A stretch of DNA of 64,000 nt from Prevotella sp. (lineage in GTDB: Bacteria; Bacteroidota; Bacteroidia; Bacteroidales; Bacteroidaceae): assembly GCA_052356385.1 (NCBI GenBank), contig DAWDAD010000007.1, positions 6,465-70,464 of the forward strand, given 5' to 3'. A program made the position numbers and the translations under genes. The notes beneath the pieces were generated by a model that was not told the DNA's origin, ran no database searches, and worked only from the letters and a program-made list of their open reading frames with translations. Below are positions 9,363 to 17,697 of the stretch, in pieces (position 1 is the stretch's first letter; every line of letters begins with the position of its first letter).

Positions 9363-10400
9363 CTATTTAATGTGAACCTTGGTTTCTACGTTTAGTCCGG
9401 CACGGAGCAGGGCTATCTGTTTCGGGTCATTGTCCTTGGTAAGGGCGATGCGAACAGGCACACGCTGCTCTACCTTTACGAAGTTGCCGGTGGCATTATC
9501 CACAGGAATCATGGAATAGGCATTGCCGGCTGCGGCAGAAAGGGCTTCTACCTTGCCATGGAATACTACACCCGGGATGGCATCGGCGGTGAAATCTACA
9601 GTCTTGCCCATGGTGATGCCGTCCATCTGAGTCTCACGATAATTGGCTACCACCCAAACATCATTGTCATCCACGATGCGGGCGAGCATCTGACCAGGCT
9701 GTACCAACTGGCCTTCGTGAATATCCTTTCTTCCCATCACGCCATCGCAGGTTGCCACGATTACGGTATAGGAAAGATTGAGGCGAGCCAGATTGAGTTG
9801 TGCCTCAGCCACGCTCTCTCCGGCACGGGAACCGCCAAGCTGCTGGGTCTGTACATTGCGGACAGAAGCTGCACTTGCCTTGCGGCTGCTTGCCTGCTCA
9901 TAACGTGCCTTGGCTCCCAGATAACGTGCATAGGCATTGTCGTATTGCTGACGGGTTACCGCATCCTTCTTCATCAGAGCCGCAAAACGGTCGAAGTCCT
10001 GCTTGGCATTCATCATATCCACACGAGCCTCCTCGATGCCGGCAGCAGCTGTCTGCACATTGGTATTGGTGGTGCCCATACTGGCGGTTACCACCGAAGA
10101 ACTTGACTTGGATCCACGCAAGCCAGCCTCTGCCTGAGCCACATGCAGGCGGAACTCAGCATCCTCGATGATAACGAGGGTATCGCCCTTCTTTACGTGC
10201 TGATAGTCGTTGAAACGAATCTCCTTGATGAATCCCGGTACACGGGTATTGATAGGGGTGATATGGCGGTTTACCTGTGCATCATCTGTGTAAGCCACAT
10301 CGCTGCCATGATAGAAATGGCTGAAACACCAGCCGGTTGCTCCCAGAAAAAGGAGGATAATCACTACATTATATATTCTCTTGATAATCTTCTTGCTCAT
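9363..10400 (-). CDS. HlyD/EmrA-family membrane fusion protein
   Basis: N-terminal TM, TDDAQV, PVDNATGNFVKVEQRVPVRI. Confidence 0.92.
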   Translation of the reverse strand: MSKKIIKRIYNVVIILLFLGATGWCFSHFYHGSDVAYTDDAQVNRHITPINTRVPGFIKEIRFNDYQHVKKGDTLVIIEDAEFRLHVAQAEAGLRGSKSSSSVVTASMGTTNTNVQTAAAGIEEARVDMMNAKQDFDRFAALMKKDAVTRQQYDNAYARYLGAKARYEQASSRKASAASVRNVQTQQLGGSRAGESVAEAQLNLARLNLSYTVIVATCDGVMGRKDIHEGQLVQPGQMLARIVDDNDVWVVANYRETQMDGITMGKTVDFTADAIPGVVFHGKVEALSAAAGNAYSMIPVDNATGNFVKVEQRVPVRIALTKDNDPKQIALLRAGLNVETKVHIK

Positions 10401-10476
10401 AATCTCTTGATAATAGTTTTCGATAAAAACTCTTAATTCTGTTTTTAAAATTAAATTTCTCCTGCCGCGTTTTTTA

Positions 10477-11874
10477 TTAAATTTCTCCTGCCACGTACTT
10501 CATGCGATAGTAGGCATAGACGATGTTGATGCGGGCATCCACCTCGCTGAGCTCGGCATTGAGCTTGAGGTTGGAGGCATCCACCATGTCTGTAACCAGA
10601 GCCAGCTGGCTGAGATAGCGGGCATTCATCACGTCGTAGTTCTGCTGTGCCAGCTCCACGCTCTTTCGCTGCGTTTCCAGTTCCACGTAGGTTTGCTGAT
10701 ACTGCACGTAGGCAGCCTGCACATTGTTGTTGAGCTGCTCTGCCTGTACGGCATGTGCCTCTTTAGCCTGTCGGGTCTCTACGGCTGCCTGCTTGATGCG
10801 CTTGTTGCTCTTGAAGAGAGAGCTGAGGCTGTATTTCACGCCCACACCCACATACCATACGTTGAGGTTTTTGTCAACAGGTGGCAATTCGAAGAGAATA
10901 GGTCCGTCGAAGTTGTCTGCGGCAACGAAAGCTACTTTTGGCAGAAGGTCGCTCTTGGCAATCTTCTCTTTCTGTTCGGCGATGCGGATGGCGTTACTGC
11001 TTTGTTCTAGGAGTGGTGAGTTCAGGGTGCCTGCCGTCTGCCAGTAAGCCTCGCCCTCCTTGTCGTAGGTCTTGTCGGCGATAGTAGCATCGGGGATAAT
11101 CTGAATCTCCTGGCTTGTTTGGTTCATCTGGCTTCCTTCATTCTTTTGGCTTCCCTGGTTCATTCCTAGGGTATTGCAAAGCTGATGGTTCAGGATGCTC
11201 CGGTTATTCCTAAGCGCCGTAAGACCAAGTTTGAGGCTTTCCATCTGGAGTTCGTATCGGGTAATGTCGTTTTTCAGCGCCATTCCGTGCGTCTGTTTTT
11301 CCTTGATGTCGTCGATGAGCTGGCGGGTCAACTCGATGTTCTTTTCATACACCTTGATGCGGTTGTCTATCTTATAGAGGTCGAGATATTGCCCCAGGGC
11401 GATGAAGCGAATCTGCTGTCGGGTGAGTTTCACGCCTACTTCTGCCTGCTGCTTTCCGAGTTCGGCGAGCTTGATGCCTGCGTTGATGGCTCCACCGGCA
11501 TAAACCACCTGCTGTGCCTGGAAGGCGAAGTTGTTGCCGAAATGTGGGGATTTCAGACCATGAACGTTGCTGAAGTTACGGTCGGTAATCAGCGCATTGC
11601 CGATGTAGCTGAATGAGAGGGAAGCATCGAGGTCGGGCAGTTTCTTGCTTTTAGCCGCTTCGATGCCGAGATGGGCTGCTTCTACTCCTGATAATGAAGT
11701 GCGAAGGCTCTTGCTGTTATCCTCCACCTTCTGGAAGAGCTGGCTGATGGTCATGTTTTCTTTCTTGCTGACGGGCAAGGAAGCTGCCGTCCCTCCGGTG
11801 GTTTGTGATTGAGCCGAAGCCCAAAGGATTCCTCCTGCAAGCAGAAGGCTTACAAATAAGATGTTCTTAATCAT
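10477..11874 (-). CDS. TolC-family outer membrane efflux protein
   Basis: Signal peptide, two OEP repeats (AKSKKLPDL, AKSDLLPKV). Confidence 0.9.
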   Translation of the reverse strand: MIKNILFVSLLLAGGILWASAQSQTTGGTAASLPVSKKENMTISQLFQKVEDNSKSLRTSLSGVEAAHLGIEAAKSKKLPDLDASLSFSYIGNALITDRNFSNVHGLKSPHFGNNFAFQAQQVVYAGGAINAGIKLAELGKQQAEVGVKLTRQQIRFIALGQYLDLYKIDNRIKVYEKNIELTRQLIDDIKEKQTHGMALKNDITRYELQMESLKLGLTALRNNRSILNHQLCNTLGMNQGSQKNEGSQMNQTSQEIQIIPDATIADKTYDKEGEAYWQTAGTLNSPLLEQSSNAIRIAEQKEKIAKSDLLPKVAFVAADNFDGPILFELPPVDKNLNVWYVGVGVKYSLSSLFKSNKRIKQAAVETRQAKEAHAVQAEQLNNNVQAAYVQYQQTYVELETQRKSVELAQQNYDVMNARYLSQLALVTDMVDASNLKLNAELSEVDARINIVYAYYRMKYVAGEI

Positions 11875-12058
11875 TGATCATTACTTTTTGAATTTCGGGT
11901 GCAAAGGTACGGAGTTTTGGGCGAACAATCGCTTTAAATATTTCGCAGTAGATGGACGATTTGGGAATAATAGTTCTTTTATATCACATATTTTGTGTAA
12001 TTTTGCAACCGAAATAGGAATAAAGAGATATAATAACTCTATATATAATAAGGTGTAG

Positions 12059-12940
12059 ATGGAATTATCAGAATTAAGCAGTCAGCAGGAAGCAAGTCTT
12101 TTCCTCTCTGGTTTGGAGGAATGGCAGGAGGGTCCGCAAGTTTTGACTTACGGAGCAATATTGATTTGCCGAAAAGGAAAGGCGAGGCTGAATGTGAATT
12201 ATAAGGATTGGGAACTTTATGAGGGGGCGGTGATTACGCTCTTTCCGAATGATGTAGTGGAATTGAAGGTTGACGGGGATTGCAAATCCCCAGAAACTGA
12301 AAACGGGGATTGCAAATCCCCTCAAACTGCGAACAGCTTCCAAGTCGAAATTCTGAAGTATAATCCTTCCTTGCTTCGCGAAGCAAGCTTGCAGCTGGAG
12401 CAGACGGTGTATTCTTCCTTGCGGGAAGACCGTTGCCGGCAGGATACCCCTGTGGTGACAAACATCATCAATGGGATGTTTGGTTTATTGAAGGTATATT
12501 TCGACCAGTCGGAATGTACCTGCATCTCGCAGTTGGTATTGTGCCAGTTGAAGGCGTTCTTCATCGGTTTTCATGAGTATCTTCAGCGCAATCCGCAATA
12601 CCGACCAGATGAAGTAAAATCGTATCGCGTAAGAGAACTGTTCAATCGGTTTATGATGCTTCTGGAGAAGGATTACAAGATTTCAAGAGATGTGAACTAT
12701 TATGCCGAAAAGATGAATATCTCCTCGAAATATCTCACCAACATTGTGAGTCAGGTGACGGGGCATACCCCCAAGACCATCATCGACCAATACGTGATTC
12801 TGCAGCTCAAGATGCATCTTAAGCGAAGCACGCAAAGCATCAAGGAGATGGCTTGGGAGTTTCATTTTGCCGACGTCAGTTTCTTCTGCCGATATTTCAA
12901 GAAGCATACAGGTCTGACACCGCAGCAGATAAGGTCGTAA
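12059..12940 (+). CDS. AraC-family transcriptional regulator, divergent from the efflux operon
   Basis: YYAEKMNISSKYL and SIKEMAWEFHFADVSFFCRYFKKHTGLTP double HTH. Confidence 0.92.
   Translation: MELSELSSQQEASLFLSGLEEWQEGPQVLTYGAILICRKGKARLNVNYKDWELYEGAVITLFPNDVVELKVDGDCKSPETENGDCKSPQTANSFQVEILKYNPSLLREASLQLEQTVYSSLREDRCRQDTPVVTNIINGMFGLLKVYFDQSECTCISQLVLCQLKAFFIGFHEYLQRNPQYRPDEVKSYRVRELFNRFMMLLEKDYKISRDVNYYAEKMNISSKYLTNIVSQVTGHTPKTIIDQYVILQLKMHLKRSTQSIKEMAWEFHFADVSFFCRYFKKHTGLTPQQIRS
12273..12332 (+). repeat. Two 30-bp REP-like palindromic units in frame inside AraC
   Basis: acggggattgcaaatccccagaaactgaaa / acggggattgcaaatcccctcaaactgcga; same core as 63805-63972. Confidence 0.8.
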
Positions 12941-15317
12941 TCACAACCTTCAGTTTTTCTCTGATCTCGGCTTCTTCTATCTCGCCGATGTATTCTGGTG
13001 ACAACGCCTTGAGTTCTTCGAGGCATCCCATCTGCATCATGGTGGCGATAGGGAGGAGCTTGTGTGCTGCCTTTCCTATGCGGTCGGTAGATAAGGCTTC
13101 CTCTTCTATGGCTTCTTTCAGGTTCTCGAGGTGTGCGGCAAGTTCCTGCTTCACGGTATCGAGAATCTCCTTCGCCGCTTCTTCGTCGCCTCCGGCAAAA
13201 GCAAGAAGAGCATCCAGTTGAGGGTTGGATTTCTGCTGGGATAATAACTCTGGCTGGAGTGATGAATCAGGCTGGGATGGAGTTCCAGACTGGGCATCCA
13301 GTTGAGGCTGGGACTCTATTCCCAGAATATCGGATAGCTTCTCCATGCTGAATGGCTTGAACAGGCAATCATCGAAGCCGGCTTTCAGAAGCTGTTCCAG
13401 GATGCTTGTATCGTGAGCCGTCATCGCTACCACCATCATCTTGGTATGGTTGATGTGGGCAATCATATCCATGCCGTTCATCTCCGGCATTTCGATATCC
13501 ATCAGCATCAGGGCAGGCTGTTCGTTATGCAGTGTGGTGAGGGCATCCATCACATGATTGCAGGCGAAAACCTGCCAGGTATCGCCTACGATGCGGCGCA
13601 ACATCTCCTGGAGAAGCTGGAGCTGCAGCTTGTCATCATCCAGAATCAGAATCTTGTGATTGGCAAATTCCGGCTTCTTCTTTATATCAGTAACCTGATG
13701 ACTGCCGGAATTCTGTCCTTCCTTATCTTGAGCAGAATCGGGAGAAGGATCATGCTTAACTTCTGATGGAGCCATTTCCTGAGACTCCTCCATTGGTGCT
13801 GGTTCGATAGGGATGGTGACGATGAAGGTAGAACCTTTGCCCAGGGTAGAGTGGAGGATGATTTCTCCACCAAGCAGCGAAACCAGTTCCTGGGTGATGG
13901 ACAATCCCAAACCGGTACCCTCGATGCCCTGGGCGCTCTTCAATCTCGTAAACGCCTGGAACACATTCTGTTTCTCCTCATCGGTCATTCCCTTTCCCGT
14001 ATCCTTTACGCTCAGGGTAAGCGTAGGCTTGCCCAGGATTTCTGAAACCTGTGCCTGGATGGTAACGCTGCCCCGGTCGGTATATTTGATGGCGTTGCTT
14101 ACCAGATTATCCAATATCTGACGAATGCGGAAGGCATCGGCACGGAAGTACTCCATCCCCTTCATCTTGCATTCGAACGAAATCTCCAGTCCTTTCTCTT
14201 CTGCCCGCAATTTCATTCCCTCTACCGATTCTGCTACCAGTTGTGCCGGTGAGAAAGAGGTAGGCTGAACCTTCATCAGTCCGTTCTCCAACTGATGATA
14301 ATCGAGCAGCGAGGCAACGAGATGTGAAAGATGAACGGCAGAGTTCTTGATGTTCTGGAGGCATTCGAGGCCCTGAGGATTGCTGACGTAATCTTTCATC
14401 AGATCGATGAAGCCCGAGATAGAGGCAGCTGGCGCCTTGATATCGTGGGTGATGGTGAGGAGCAGGCGCTCGCGCTGGTTCATGATACGCTGGATTTCCT
14501 CATTGGCAGCCTCCAGGTTTTCCCTGTAGATACGCTCCTTTCTGGCATCGCGCCAGATAAACCAGATCATGATGACGATGGCAAAGAAGGCTACGATGGC
14601 GAGCAGTTCCATCTGCCACAACAGATGCTTTCTTGCTTCCATCGCCTTCTTGATGGCTTCCTGCATGTTGTCTTTCTCACGCTGGTGCACATCGCTCAGA
14701 TGTTTGGCGGAGCGCAGGGCGAGTTTGGCACTCACCATCTTCAGGTCTTCCATCTCCTTGTTGATGCTCTGCTTGTGGTCTTGTGTAGCCACTTTCTCCT
14801 TCTTGTCTATCTGGTCAAGGATGGTCGCCACGTTTTCCGCCACGTTTACTGGGGTGGTAACAGAATCGATGACAGCCCGGTTGCTGTCCTGTTTTACGCT
14901 CAAGGTTTCGGCGTGCTCCTTCTTGAAGGCATCGGCGAGTCGGCGGAAGAATCCCCTTCGGGTCTTCAAAACCTCTACTGTTGTCTTTTTTGCCTCGTGG
15001 GTTTGCGGCGCCTTGGAGTGAACCAGTATGGAATCCTTTCCCGTATTCAGATTCTTCACCTTATTCTGCAGATAGTTTTGGGTAGGTCTTCCTGCCATGG
15101 CATCAGACAGTTGTTTCAGGTTTCTCTGCTCCTCTTTGAGCAGGGAAGAGATGGTACTATCGGCGGCACCCCTTTTCTGGATATACTCGCGCGAAGCTTC
15201 ATTGATGGCATTGATGCTCTTGGTGTTGCTATACACCAAACTGATTGCCAGAATCATAATAATGGCAATGGTGCTATATCCGAGGGCTACCTTGAGAGGA
15301 ATATTGTTCTTGTGCAT
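12897..15317 (-). CDS. Hybrid sensor histidine kinase (2 TM, HisKA, HATPase, REC, Hpt-like; RteA-like)
   Basis: ITHDIKAP, LDNLVSNAIKYT, DTGKG, GTGLGLSI, ILDDD...LMDIEMP, AAHKLLP. Confidence 0.9.
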   Translation of the reverse strand: MHKNNIPLKVALGYSTIAIIMILAISLVYSNTKSINAINEASREYIQKRGAADSTISSLLKEEQRNLKQLSDAMAGRPTQNYLQNKVKNLNTGKDSILVHSKAPQTHEAKKTTVEVLKTRRGFFRRLADAFKKEHAETLSVKQDSNRAVIDSVTTPVNVAENVATILDQIDKKEKVATQDHKQSINKEMEDLKMVSAKLALRSAKHLSDVHQREKDNMQEAIKKAMEARKHLLWQMELLAIVAFFAIVIMIWFIWRDARKERIYRENLEAANEEIQRIMNQRERLLLTITHDIKAPAASISGFIDLMKDYVSNPQGLECLQNIKNSAVHLSHLVASLLDYHQLENGLMKVQPTSFSPAQLVAESVEGMKLRAEEKGLEISFECKMKGMEYFRADAFRIRQILDNLVSNAIKYTDRGSVTIQAQVSEILGKPTLTLSVKDTGKGMTDEEKQNVFQAFTRLKSAQGIEGTGLGLSITQELVSLLGGEIILHSTLGKGSTFIVTIPIEPAPMEESQEMAPSEVKHDPSPDSAQDKEGQNSGSHQVTDIKKKPEFANHKILILDDDKLQLQLLQEMLRRIVGDTWQVFACNHVMDALTTLHNEQPALMLMDIEMPEMNGMDMIAHINHTKMMVVAMTAHDTSILEQLLKAGFDDCLFKPFSMEKLSDILGIESQPQLDAQSGTPSQPDSSLQPELLSQQKSNPQLDALLAFAGGDEEAAKEILDTVKQELAAHLENLKEAIEEEALSTDRIGKAAHKLLPIATMMQMGCLEELKALSPEYIGEIEEAEIREKLKVVITTLSAAVSDLYAS

Positions 15318-15426
15318 GAGAAATCGTTTAAAATGATGAGCAGACTGATATCTTGCTCAATAGATATTTGTTTGCAAAGTTAATGCAAAAAAATGATATT
15401 AGAAAACAAAAGGGCTAAAAACAAGT

Positions 15427-15460
15427 CAGGAGACCAATGAATTCTATCATTAGTCTCCTG
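15427..15460 (-). terminator. Stem-loop downstream of the small protein gene
   Basis: caggagaccaatga / tcattagtctcctg. Confidence 0.55.
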
Positions 15461-15537
15461 CCTGATTGAAAGCGACGCGTAATTACTAGTGTTATTCTAT
15501 CTTTTCCTCAGTTAATTACTATTTTTTAAAGGTGATA

Positions 15538-15768
15538 TTACTCTGCTACAGTAGAATCTGTTGTGGTAGAGTCTGCTGGAGTCTCTGCTGGAGTTTCAGC
15601 TGGTGTCTCTTTCTCTACTGTTGTATCGGCTGGAGCAGTTGGTTCTGCTGGAGCTACTGTGTCAACTGGAGCTACTGATGATACACTTGCCATCTTGTTG
15701 CTGGCGAATACATTGCTAACTGAAACCATAACCATAGCAGCGATAGCTGCGAATACTAACTTCTTCAT
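15538..15768 (-). CDS. Small secreted Pro/Thr/Ala/acidic-rich protein
   Basis: Signal peptide MKKLVFAAIAAMVMVSVSNVFA, then APVDT/APADT/TPAETPAETPADS repeats. Confidence 0.8.
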   Translation of the reverse strand: MKKLVFAAIAAMVMVSVSNVFASNKMASVSSVAPVDTVAPAEPTAPADTTVEKETPAETPAETPADSTTTDSTVAE

Positions 15769-15867
15769 AATCTTTTGTTTTTTTTATTGTGAATATTATG
15801 TTTATAACTTTCTTTGTGAACAGCCTTGCTTGCGTTACCGCTCATTGGCGTGTTCACTTTCTAATAT

Positions 15868-15883
15868 CACAATCTGCGTGCCA
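15868..15883 (-). promoter_or_regulatory. Sigma54 (-24/-12) promoter
   Basis: Minus strand TGGCACGCAGATTGTG versus consensus TGGCAC-N5-TTGC; next to an EBP gene. Confidence 0.75.
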
Positions 15884-15901
15884 AAAAACAAAAGAATTAT
15901 C

Positions 15902-15914
15902 TAATTGATTGATT
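15902..15914 (-). promoter_or_regulatory. IHF-consensus site upstream of the sigma54 promoter
   Basis: Minus strand AATCAATCAATTA = WATCAA-N4-TTR. Confidence 0.5.
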
Positions 15915-16007
15915 ATCAATTGTAATTGCTCTTTGTGCCAGAATTCTACATTGTGGAAAGTGTGGAACTAGTGTGGAATTATTCCCCAAAAAGTTGGGGA
16001 ATGGTCA

Positions 16008-17414
16008 TCAGATTCCATACTTCTTCATCTTGTTGTAGAGCGTCTTTCTATCTACGGCGAGCAATTGTGCAGCCTTACTCTTGTTGCCGCCTGCTGCTTT
16101 CAGCGCAGCTTCTATTCTCTGCAGTTCCGTTTTCTCATCGTGCAGGGCAGTAGGGGCTTGTGGCTGGATATGCGCCATACTCTGTTCCAGTTCGGTTACT
16201 CCGATGTATCTTCCGGTGGCGAGCAGGGTAGCTCGCTTCATCACATTGTTCAGTTCTCGCAGGTTGCCCGGCCAGTTGTAGGCGGCAATTCGTTCCTTGG
16301 CTTTGCCGTCGAGTCCTTCCACATTTCTGTTCAGCTCCTTGTTGGCGTGCTTGATAAAGAGGTCGGCAAAGAGGAAGAGGTCGGCACCACGGTCTTTCAG
16401 CTCCGGCATGTAGATGGTAAACTCATTGATGCGGTGGTAGAGGTCTTCACGGAAGTTGCCTTCAGCCACACGCTGCGCCAGGTTCTCATTGGTAGCACAA
16501 ACCAGTCGGATATCGATATCGATTTCCTTGTTGCTTCCCACCGGACGGATTTTTCTTTCCTGGAGGGCACGGAGCAACTGTACCTGCACTTCATAGTTCA
16601 GGTTTCCCATCTCATCTAGGAAGAGAGTTCCTCCGTTGGCTATCTCGAAAGCGCCCTTCTTGTCCTGGTCAGCTCCCGTAAACGATCCCTTCACATGACC
16701 GAAGAATTCTGATGCCGCCACCTCTTTAGGAATGGCACCGCAGTCGAGTGCGAAGAAAGGTTTGTTGGCTCTTGTGCTGAGTTCATGGATTCTTCTAGCC
16801 ACATATTCCTTACCTGTACCGCTGGCACCCAGAATGAGTACCGACATAGGGGTAGGGGCCACCAGCGAAACAAAACTGTAAAGCTTGCGTGAAGCCTCGC
16901 TTTCACCTTCCAGGTATTTGGGCACATCCCCATTGGCAGATGAAGCCTGATTTCCTGCCTGCTTGCCAGGTGCAGCGTTTGTAGGAGTAGAATTTGAGTC
17001 TGTGGAACGCAGACTATCTGCTGAGGCTGCATACGGATCCTGTTTTTTCGGAGTCTTGATTGCTTCCTTGATCTTATCCAGAAGGATTTCCGGATGGAAA
17101 GGCTTTGCCACATAATCGGTAGCACCCGATTTCATGGCGAGCACCACATTCTGAATTTCTGCATAGCTGGTCATCACGATGAAAGGCACCTGCACGCCAT
17201 GCTTTCTCATCCATTGCAGCAGGAAGATGCCGTCGTGGTCGGGAAGGCGGAGGTCTGATAATACCAGATTGAATCCTCTTTCTGCTTCCTCGCAAACCTG
17301 TATGGCAGCCTTGACCGAAGTGGTTTTCTCCACTTCAAATCCCTTCTTCCTGAGCCATGTCTGAATCATGGTTCCAAATGCGATATCGTCTTCAACTATT
17401 AGAATCTTTTCCAT
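16008..17414 (-). CDS. Sigma54-dependent response regulator (NtrC family, RteB-like)
   Basis: REC (VEDD, LSDLRLP), GASGTGKE, FGHVKGSFTGA, LFLDE, WPGNLREL, Fis HTH. Confidence 0.95.
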   Translation of the reverse strand: MEKILIVEDDIAFGTMIQTWLRKKGFEVEKTTSVKAAIQVCEEAERGFNLVLSDLRLPDHDGIFLLQWMRKHGVQVPFIVMTSYAEIQNVVLAMKSGATDYVAKPFHPEILLDKIKEAIKTPKKQDPYAASADSLRSTDSNSTPTNAAPGKQAGNQASSANGDVPKYLEGESEASRKLYSFVSLVAPTPMSVLILGASGTGKEYVARRIHELSTRANKPFFALDCGAIPKEVAASEFFGHVKGSFTGADQDKKGAFEIANGGTLFLDEMGNLNYEVQVQLLRALQERKIRPVGSNKEIDIDIRLVCATNENLAQRVAEGNFREDLYHRINEFTIYMPELKDRGADLFLFADLFIKHANKELNRNVEGLDGKAKERIAAYNWPGNLRELNNVMKRATLLATGRYIGVTELEQSMAHIQPQAPTALHDEKTELQRIEAALKAAGGNKSKAAQLLAVDRKTLYNKMKKYGI

Positions 17415-17697
17415 ATTATTGCGATCTTACTGTCTTGTTGTATCTTTCTTATTGTATCTTTGTCTTCTAAAAAGATAGAGTCGTTTCTGAGTGCAAAGTT
17501 AGCACTAATATTTGGAATCAGCAAGGAAAAAGTGCTTTATTGTTTGAATGATTCGAAAAAATTAGGAAGTAATCACATAAAAATGAAAACAATCTGAGTT
17601 TTTTAACACTTCATCAGTCTCAGTATTCAGGAAAAATATGTATTTTTGCATTTAAAAAACGAATCTATACAATATTAACGTAATAACAATAGCAGTT

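Noticed and set aside
12897..17414. CTnDOT-type conjugative transposon suggested by the RteA/RteB resemblance
   Set aside because: No tetQ, rteC, tra/mob or integrase genes, and composition is host-like
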